From an uncultured virus (IMG/VR IMGVR_UViG_3300032293_002550) (taxonomy: Duplodnaviria; Heunggongvirae; Uroviricota; Caudoviricetes), in IMG/VR virus record IMGVR_UViG_3300032293_002550: DNA of 20,000 bases; one strand, given 5' to 3'. Of this stretch, positions 17,807 to 20,000 are shown in pieces. Below the pieces are notes generated by a model that saw nothing but the letters and a program-made list of their open reading frames with translations, was not told the DNA's origin and did no database searches. Every line of letters starts with the position of its first letter. Position 1 is the stretch's first letter. A program made the translations under genes and the position numbers.

Positions 17807-18226
17807 TTAGATTTTTAGATGTTTAATTTCGATATTTGTGTTTTTAAAAAGTTCAAATGATTCTGTATTTCTATATAATTTTGCGAAGACTACCCTTTGA
17901 ATTCCTGCTTGTATTATAAGTTTTGCACAATCAAAACAAGGAGAAAGAGTTATATAAAGAGTTGCCCCATCAGAACTATTAGTACTTGTTGCTAACTTGA
18001 GAATTGCATTGGCCTCTGCGTGGAGAACTATTGGGAGCGTCTTGTTTTGTTCATCCTCACAAACGTTTGGAAACCCAGTTGGTGTACCATTGTAACCATC
18101 GGAAATAATCCTTCTGTCTTTGACCACCAAGCATCCCACTTTGCTTCTTTCACAATGTGAGTTTTCAGCCCAAACCGCAGCCATTCTCAAATATAAAGTG
18201 TCAATCTTATCCTGCTTGCTCAGCAT
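17807..18226 (-). CDS. dCMP deaminase (start revised to the ATG at 18226, MLSKQDK...)
   Basis: Motifs SHCERSKVGC, SDGYNGTP, HAEANAI and SPCFDCAK (Zn-binding deaminase). Confidence 0.93.
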   Translation of the reverse strand: MLSKQDKIDTLYLRMAAVWAENSHCERSKVGCLVVKDRRIISDGYNGTPTGFPNVCEDEQNKTLPIVLHAEANAILKLATSTNSSDGATLYITLSPCFDCAKLIIQAGIQRVVFAKLYRNTESFELFKNTNIEIKHLKI

Positions 18227-18473
18227 TGGCTGGGGTCTCACTTTGATTGTTTTTAAGCTGTGTAACCTCAACCTTGAATCTCTCAACTACGTGAAAAACG
18301 TCACGTAATCTGAATGAACCAAGCAAATTTAAAATTTCGTTTACTTCTTGTTCTGTAAACTCATTCTTATCCTCATTTTTCAAATTGTCTAAACACTTTG
18401 CATAGTTAGCATAGCCGTTCAGGAATTCAACTGTTGTCTTTCTTAACTCTTCAGTAATTTCGTAATTGTTCAT
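18207..18473 (-). CDS. Hypothetical protein (88 aa)
   Basis: ATG with an A-rich leader. It is the first gene after the TATATTTG promoter and overlaps the dCMP deaminase start. Confidence 0.75.
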   Translation of the reverse strand: MNNYEITEELRKTTVEFLNGYANYAKCLDNLKNEDKNEFTEQEVNEILNLLGSFRLRDVFHVVERFKVEVTQLKNNQSETPANAEQAG

Positions 18474-18495
18474 TATTGATTTTTTTTAGATGTTT

Positions 18496-18526
18496 CAAAT
18501 ATAAAAGATGTTTTTTGAAAAGTAAA
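18496..18526 (-). promoter_or_regulatory. Putative Bacteroidota-type housekeeping promoter
   Basis: The minus strand reads TTTA (18526-18523), 19 nt, TATATTTG (18503-18496). It is intergenic and matches the -7 TAnnTTTG consensus. Confidence 0.6.
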
Positions 18527-18528
18527 CA

Positions 18529-20000
18529 TCAGTCAAACTTTTTTGTTGTTGGAGTTACTAACAAGGGACTTGAAAGCGTATCATTCAATTGAGACAAAAG
18601 AAAAATCATTGAATCCATTTTCTTAGCAAGCTCATCATTTGAATTTTCTTGATTCTGATTTTGTTGTCCTTGGTTCACTTTGGTCGCTTCTTTTTCTTGT
18701 TCAGTTCCTTTGTTTTCTACATAAGTTGGAGTGTCGTTAGACTTAGATTGTGCCTGTTCCTCCCTTATTTTCTGCTCGGATTTTTGTGTTTCTGTGGCAG
18801 TCTTTTCTGGGACGATTACGTCACTCAACTTTTGTGGTGTATTCTCTTTTATACTACTAGGGGACAAAGAAGTTTCAGCTTCAGTTACATTTTTTTCTTG
18901 AATTTTTTCTGTTGATGTTGCCATCACCATCGTTTGCCCCATGCTAACGCTTTCGTTAGGAATAGGTTCGTTTGATGCCTCAATAGAAGCTCCCCTTGAA
19001 GAAGAAGGAGCCGTTTGATTGGTCTGTAACCCAGATTTTGTTGTTTCTACCTTAGGTTCAGCATTTTTTGTTTCTTCAAGCTTGGATGTTTCTTCTTTGT
19101 CCTTGGAAAACAACTTTTTGATTCTTCCAAAAACTCCTTTTTTTGTATCTTCTTCAGACGATTCTATTGTTTGTGGATTTTGTGTTTGTAATTTTTCCTG
19201 GGTCCTAGATACCATTGGAGAAGTTTCACCAACTGATGTAGATGTTTGAGCTTGTTGTTTATCCTCTAATGAAATTTCTTGCGATTGGCCAAGCTGTTGT
19301 GGGGTTTGGACCAAGCTAGATTCTTCCAAGCTAACTTCTTCGTTTGTTGAAATATCTTTTGCAGCTCCTGAATTTTCAACGACATTTTCTTTATTCTTTG
19401 TACCCTCGATTTGGGATGTAGTATTAGCATCAGGATTAAGAGATTCTTGATTCTTTTGGTCAATTACATTTCCTTGAATAGGTGGTGTATCTCCAGTACT
19501 CTTAGCATTTTGTTGTTTTTCTGTATTCTCTGGACCTTCTTTTTTTTCATCCCTTTTAAAAATTTGTCCAATAGTTTTAAGTAAACTAGGTCTAGTAGAT
19601 TCTCCCCCCTTAGATGGTTCAACTGCTCCACCTAATTTTTGTATGTTAAACCCCAACAAGGGTTTTGCAAGAATCCCCGCCACCGCTTTAGCAGGTTCTA
19701 TCATCGACTTAATTTCAGACCCCTTTTCTTGTGCCTCTTCCTTTTGGCTTCCAGTAGGCACAGGAGACGTAGATTGCTTAGTCCCCTCTGTTGGTGCAAC
19801 CTTGGATGTTTGGGGATTTACAGCCTCAACCATTCCTTGTGGATTCACAACGAGTTCTGGTGCTTGAGTTGGAGCAGGTACAGCTGGTGTGGCAGGTACA
19901 GCTGGTGTAGCAAGTGTTGGAGCAACAGGAGCACCAGCAGCCTCAACCATTCCTTGTGGATTCACAACGAGTTCTGGTGCTTGAGTTGGAGCAGGTGTAG
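18529..20000 (-). CDS. Long low-complexity (Q/E/S/T/K/P/A-rich) protein, 5'-truncated by the window edge
   Basis: The frame stays open from 19965 to the window edge (TPAPTQAPELVVNPQ...). The composition is mostly disordered-type, with a short helical C-terminus (ELAKKMDSMIFLLSQLND). Confidence 0.75.
   Translation of the reverse strand, partial: TPAPTQAPELVVNPQGMVEAAGAPVAPTLATPAVPATPAVPAPTQAPELVVNPQGMVEAVNPQTSKVAPTEGTKQSTSPVPTGSQKEEAQEKGSEIKSMIEPAKAVAGILAKPLLGFNIQKLGGAVEPSKGGESTRPSLLKTIGQIFKRDEKKEGPENTEKQQNAKSTGDTPPIQGNVIDQKNQESLNPDANTTSQIEGTKNKENVVENSGAAKDISTNEEVSLEESSLVQTPQQLGQSQEISLEDKQQAQTSTSVGETSPMVSRTQEKLQTQNPQTIESSEEDTKKGVFGRIKKLFSKDKEETSKLEETKNAEPKVETTKSGLQTNQTAPSSSRGASIEASNEPIPNESVSMGQTMVMATSTEKIQEKNVTEAETSLSPSSIKENTPQKLSDVIVPEKTATETQKSEQKIREEQAQSKSNDTPTYVENKGTEQEKEATKVNQGQQNQNQENSNDELAKKMDSMIFLLSQLNDTLSSPLLVTPTTKKFD
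19821..19996. repeat. Exact 59-bp direct repeat, 117-bp period, in frame
   Basis: 19821-19879 is identical to 19938-19996 and encodes PAPTQAPELVVNPQGMVEA. Confidence 0.92.

Noticed and set aside
19821..19996. Direct repeats as a CRISPR array
   Set aside because: The unit is 59 bp with only two copies visible, and it is in frame within a coding sequence.

Overview
This is a fragment of a large T4-like (myovirus/jumbo-type) phage genome, with all credible genes on the minus strand. In transcription order (right to left) it holds a partial low-complexity repeat protein and an early/middle cluster (hypothetical, dCMP deaminase, ECF-type sigma factor, membrane protein, PD-(D/E)XK exonuclease, hypothetical) that ends at a clear terminator. 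A late/structural block follows: a coiled-coil membrane protein, two tandem paralogous proteins, a 1106-aa collagen/beta-helix/PA14 fibre, a 2OG-Fe(II) oxygenase and small hypotheticals. Next come a 772-aa probable internal head protein, a gp55-like late sigma factor, gp4, gp2, two tandem gp20-like portal genes and a partial ATP-dependent DNA ligase. The main signal is a candidate programmed -1 frameshift: A_AAA_AAG sits directly before the stop of the 772-aa gene and is followed by a 15-bp hairpin and U-tract. The shift would add 82 aa whose stop overlaps the gp55 start codon. Also notable are the duplicated portal, a recurrent GATATATA motif (putative late promoter) and TAnnTTTG promoters suggesting a Bacteroidota host. 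All family calls come from motif recognition by eye, not database searches.
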